Source: a bacterium (GTDB lineage Bacteria > Patescibacteriota > CPR2 > UBA1875 > JAJYID01). Taken from it: 41,130 nucleotides of DNA. The stretch is from positions 1 to 41,130 of the forward strand of contig JAJYID010000001.1 in assembly GCA_021790235.1 (NCBI GenBank). Direction: 5' to 3'. Position numbers and translations under genes: made by a program. The notes below the pieces were generated by a model that saw only the letters and a program-made list of their open reading frames with translations, ran no database searches and had not been told where the DNA came from. Shown piece after piece: positions 37,479 to 41,130 of the stretch; the first letter of the stretch is position 1, and every line of letters begins with the position of its first letter.

Positions 37479-38931
37479 AAGGGATAAGTACATTCTCTGT
37501 GGACCATCCTACGTCAGACCAGTTAAAGCCCCAGTTATTAAAGGTGCCCACGCTAGCTATAGCGTATTTTATATTTTGGCTGCTGAGAAAGTAGATCCGA
37601 CCAGTGTCCTTTGCCCCAACAAGTTGATGATTGAATATTGATTGCTTGATATTTATCCTTCCATAGCCATACTCTTGGCTAAAAACCTGTCCATTCATAT
37701 TTGGTACTTTATCAACCCAAATTTCGATTTTTGATACTATCTGATCATTTGTGAGGGTATTGTCTTGCGCCAGAAGTAAGCTTGCTTCACCGGTCACTTC
37801 AGGAGTTGCAAGTGATGTACCATCAGCAGTGGCATAACTATTTGAAGAGTATGAATTACCATCCCAAATTGTGGAAGACGATGTTATTGAAACTCCCGGA
37901 GCCGTAACATCAAGTTCTGGACCATAATTTGAACCCCAGCCATAATTTGCTGTTGTCACTCTTCTATCTTGGTTGTCTGTTGCACCGACAGCGATAACGT
38001 GAGGTTCGGCTGCCGGGTAATCGACTCCTTGCACATCATCATTACCGGCAGCAGCCACCAAAACAACCCCCTTCCCATAAGCATAATTTATAGCATTCTC
38101 TAATACTGTATCCGGCCCTAAGGCGTGTGATTCTCCGAAGCTCATATTAATAACCTTTGCTCCATTGTCTGCTGCATATTCTATAGCCGCGGCTACATTA
38201 ACACTGTTCCCACCGCCATTGTTATCAAGGCATCTAACAGGCATGATTTTTGCATTCCAGTCTATACCGGCTATACCCTTGCCGTTGTTGGCATTTGCAG
38301 CAATAACACCAGCTACCAATGTTCCGTGCATGTAAGAAGTGCCGCCGCCGCTTACTGGAGAAGGATCATTATCATTGTCAACAAAATTCCAACCGTATTT
38401 GTCATCTATATATCCATTATTATCATCGTCAACACCAGTTACACCATTTATTTCGGTCTGATTTTGCCAAATTCTCCCGGTAAATTCTTCATGAATCGGA
38501 TGGGCGCTATCCATACCCACATTTATGCCTGTATCAAGTACTGCAACGGTCACTGAACTACTACCTGTTGCTCCGGCAGCCCATGCTTGATCTGCCTTTA
38601 TCTGTGGTATATTCCACTGGTTTGGATAATCAGGGTCGTTAACTGTTGTTGCTTTATAATATTTGATTGGTTTTTTGTCTTTAATCAATAGGGGTTCGGT
38701 AACAATCCCCAAAATACTCACACTTTTTCTTTGAATTTTATATAGTCCGGGGGATGATTTGAGCTTGAGGTCTTTGACATCATAACCTTCATTTTTTAAT
38801 GTTTGTATGTTCTGAGGAGCTATTTTGCCAAAGAATGCAGATGAGTTGTCTGCTGATACAAGTTTAACACTTAAAATCAAAGTCAACGATAAAACAACGA
38901 ATAGAAATAATGCACAACGATAAAGCCTCAT
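36940..38931 (-). CDS. Secreted S8 (subtilisin-like) serine peptidase with four C-terminal repeats
   Basis: Signal peptide; triad VAVLDTG, HGTLVAG, GTSLATP; oxyanion AAAGN; DDDNNGYIDD loop. Confidence 0.93.
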   Translation of the reverse strand: MRLYRCALFLFVVLSLTLILSVKLVSADNSSAFFGKIAPQNIQTLKNEGYDVKDLKLKSSPGLYKIQRKSVSILGIVTEPLLIKDKKPIKYYKATTVNDPDYPNQWNIPQIKADQAWAAGATGSSSVTVAVLDTGINVGMDSAHPIHEEFTGRIWQNQTEINGVTGVDDDNNGYIDDKYGWNFVDNDNDPSPVSGGGTSYMHGTLVAGVIAANANNGKGIAGIDWNAKIMPVRCLDNNGGGNSVNVAAAIEYAADNGAKVINMSFGESHALGPDTVLENAINYAYGKGVVLVAAAGNDDVQGVDYPAAEPHVIAVGATDNQDRRVTTANYGWGSNYGPELDVTAPGVSITSSSTIWDGNSYSSNSYATADGTSLATPEVTGEASLLLAQDNTLTNDQIVSKIEIWVDKVPNMNGQVFSQEYGYGRINIKQSIFNHQLVGAKDTGRIYFLSSQNIKYAIASVGTFNNWGFNWSDVGWSTENVLIPFSTSPTLTRLPNSTIDGKIYLVTNGSKQWIDSPETFNFYGFHWDEVSDASSDTLSLLANGSDITLPQLVAHSYGGAVYFIENHEKRAINSSDTFNNWGFNWNNILFTPNDAYLDGYSNGYLVTKLARDPSSGKIYLIESGAKCYIPTITIFNEHGYNWYDVYDSDPATLNALPNGADVS

Positions 38932-38936
38932 TTCTC

Positions 38937-39475
38937 TTAACTCACATCTGCCCCATTGGGCAAGGCATTTAAAGTAGCCGGATCAGAATCATAAACATCA
39001 TACCAATTATAGCCATGCTCATTAAAAATGGTAATCGTAGGAATATAACACTTAGCACCACTTTCGATTAGATAAATTTTCCCGCTAGAAGGATCTCTGG
39101 CTAGTTTGGTTACTAAGTATCCATTTGAATATCCATCTAGATATGCATCATTAGGCGTGAAAAGAATATTGTTCCAATTAAACCCCCAGTTATTAAAGGT
39201 GTCTGAGCTGTTGATTGCTCTTTTTTCATGATTTTCGATAAAATAAACAGCCCCGCCATAAGAATGTGCTACTAGTTGCGGCAAGGTTATATCTGATCCA
39301 TTAGCCAACAATGAGAGAGTGTCAGAAGAAGCATCGCTAACTTCATCCCAATGAAATCCATAAAAATTGAATGTTTCTGGACTGTCTATCCATTGTTTGC
39401 TCCCATTAGTTACAAGATAAATCTTGCCATCAATTGTAGAGTTAGGCAGACGGGTAAGGGTTGGGGAAGTAGAAA
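38937..39475. repeat. Direct repeat, copy 2 (539 bp; 3' end of the 715-aa gene)
   Basis: Matches 36940-37478. Confidence 0.95.
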
Positions 39476-41084
39476 GAACACTTAGTATAGGGGAATATGA
39501 GATTGTAAAAACATCATTCTGATTAAATCCCCAATTTAAAAAGGTATTATAATTATTTATCAAGTGTTTAGAACCATTTCCAATAAGGTATATGCCAGGG
39601 CTCCCTTCTTGTTCAGCAAGATTTGATAAATTATTACCAGAAGGCAGTTCTTGCATTGTACTGTCATTTAAAGTATTAATAGTCGAAGCGTCAAACTTCC
39701 AGTCATTAAAAACTGTTGTACTTGGAATATAGCGTTTTCTACCTTGGTCTAAAACAAATTCATCTACCCCACTGCCTTTAATAAGGAAACTACCAAAGTC
39801 ACTACCAGCACTCAATGTGTTTAACAAGTCAGAAGAAATTATACAGATATTTCTTGCTGGAAAGCCAAGATGACCCAACAACCCTGAAACAAGAATGTGA
39901 TGTTTTACACCATTATCAACTAAGTATATATCAGTAGAAGGATCAGGGCCTTTCACTAGATATGAAAAATTCATCCCATTCGGTAAATAACCTAAAGTAA
40001 CTGAGCTAATGTGTAAAATATCGGCTCTATTAAAACCCCAAATATCGAATGCCGCCCAATCTGGTACCCAATGTTTACTCCCTGCATCGATAACATAAAT
40101 TGCACCTGCATCATCAGCAGCATAATTAGTTAGTGCAGTAGATGTCGTATAACTATTTAAAACATTTGAATCAATATAATTTACCGGATATTTGTTTAGG
40201 CCCCAATTAACATATTCACTACTGGAAATATATCTTTTTACATTGTTATCCAATAAATAAAGTGCTTTTGGATCTGGTGAGGATGAATCAGCAATGATGT
40301 TAGGCCCTTGTACCAAAAGTGATCCAAACCACGATGAGTAAATATTAGTAAAATCTGTTTGGATATGAGGTGTATAACGATATAGCGCTGCCGTTGCACC
40401 ATTACCTAAATATATTGACTGCCCATCTATAGGCACAGTATTACCTGTCCAATATATACCCGCATGCGAATCATGAGTATTTGCCCAAATGGCCCACTGT
40501 GCCAGGCCACCCGACCCCCAATCTACCTGCATAGCAAAGCCAGCACATGACCCACTTGGATTATAATTAGTGCTAGTACCACATGTAGCATTAATCCCAC
40601 TTTCGGTATAAGCATAGCCCATGGCCCACATAACATATCCATACCAAGGGCTAGAGTTATAAGTCACTAGACTTGACTCCTTCTGAAGGGTTGTAAGAAT
40701 AACCATGGGATTAATACCATACCACTGTGAATCCATATAAATTAAGTGAGCAGCACTCCATCCCGTGGCATCAACTTCCTGCCCAACTGGCCCAACCCAA
40801 GTTCCCTCATAATAATTCACACCCTGATATGTTTCATATCTGGCAGCTGGAACTGTATAATTTGCTAGATAACTACCATGGGAAACCAAAAAATTCTGAA
40901 TTGTTTGCTCAGTCATAGAGTTTTTATTGAAAAAAATGCTATCATCAATCACTCTACTATTATCAAATGCGAATGTTTTTTGGGGATGGGCGAATATAAA
41001 AAAAGGGCCAAGGACTAATAGTAGAAGTGTTGGCACCCCCTTGCCCTTGGATAGCAATCTGAACAGTATTTTAATGTTGAACAT
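38937..41084 (-). CDS. Secreted protein with a putative lysozyme-like N-terminal domain and eight C-terminal repeats
   Basis: Signal peptide; GINPMVILTTLQKESSLV, AMGYA, GFAMQV, NGATAALYRYTPH; repeated IYLI..G.K..I.....F..WGF units. Confidence 0.75.
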   Translation of the reverse strand: MFNIKILFRLLSKGKGVPTLLLLVLGPFFIFAHPQKTFAFDNSRVIDDSIFFNKNSMTEQTIQNFLVSHGSYLANYTVPAARYETYQGVNYYEGTWVGPVGQEVDATGWSAAHLIYMDSQWYGINPMVILTTLQKESSLVTYNSSPWYGYVMWAMGYAYTESGINATCGTSTNYNPSGSCAGFAMQVDWGSGGLAQWAIWANTHDSHAGIYWTGNTVPIDGQSIYLGNGATAALYRYTPHIQTDFTNIYSSWFGSLLVQGPNIIADSSSPDPKALYLLDNNVKRYISSSEYVNWGLNKYPVNYIDSNVLNSYTTSTALTNYAADDAGAIYVIDAGSKHWVPDWAAFDIWGFNRADILHISSVTLGYLPNGMNFSYLVKGPDPSTDIYLVDNGVKHHILVSGLLGHLGFPARNICIISSDLLNTLSAGSDFGSFLIKGSGVDEFVLDQGRKRYIPSTTVFNDWKFDASTINTLNDSTMQELPSGNNLSNLAEQEGSPGIYLIGNGSKHLINNYNTFLNWGFNQNDVFTISYSPILSVLSTSPTLTRLPNSTIDGKIYLVTNGSKQWIDSPETFNFYGFHWDEVSDASSDTLSLLANGSDITLPQLVAHSYGGAVYFIENHEKRAINSSDTFNNWGFNWNNILFTPNDAYLDGYSNGYLVTKLARDPSSGKIYLIESGAKCYIPTITIFNEHGYNWYDVYDSDPATLNALPNGADVS

Positions 41085-41130
41085 AAATTTTATATTTGTT
41101 TACTCTTGCATTTTAGCACGACTCAGCACA

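Noticed and set aside
36940-39475. Diversity-generating retroelement (template/variable repeat pair)
   Set aside because: Only one synonymous difference, both copies are coding, and no reverse transcriptase is in the window.
1-41130. CRISPR array, rRNA, prophage or recognisable defence system
   Set aside because: No regularly spaced short repeats, rRNA-like sequence, phage structural genes or known defence domains were seen.

Overview
Bacterial chromosomal window with standard stop-codon usage. Gene content and style suggest a Patescibacteria/CPR-like organism (inference). Left part: 3' end of an IS481/IS3-type transposase, tilS-ftsH-murJ, lepA, Nudix, ZIP transporter, an atypical orphan receiver protein, a stand-alone LigD phosphoesterase, and a CcdA-thioredoxin-SOD redox cluster containing a REP-like element. 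Next come tRNA-Asn with a nearby serine-recombinase/att remnant, two orphan small ORFs behind what looks like a leader-peptide attenuator (MIQTKYWFTFKA), a VanW protein and a K+-independent H+-pyrophosphatase. Right half (17.6-41.1 kb): a large cell-surface glycan locus (WecA/TagO, O-antigen-ligase-like, DUF4330-like, GT4-TagA fusion, several GT2/GT4, two WbsX/GH99-like proteins, one fused to a methyltransferase, Wzm/Wzt, epimerase). Three secreted hydrolase-like proteins (CHAP, subtilase, putative lysozyme-like) lie within or next to it and carry the same kind of ~55-65 aa repeat; two of them share a 539-bp near-identical 3' end. Best candidates for an undescribed system: (1) the repeat-module/glycan-locus pairing as a surface display system, (2) the aromatic leader-peptide attenuator. 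All calls were made by eye without database searches.
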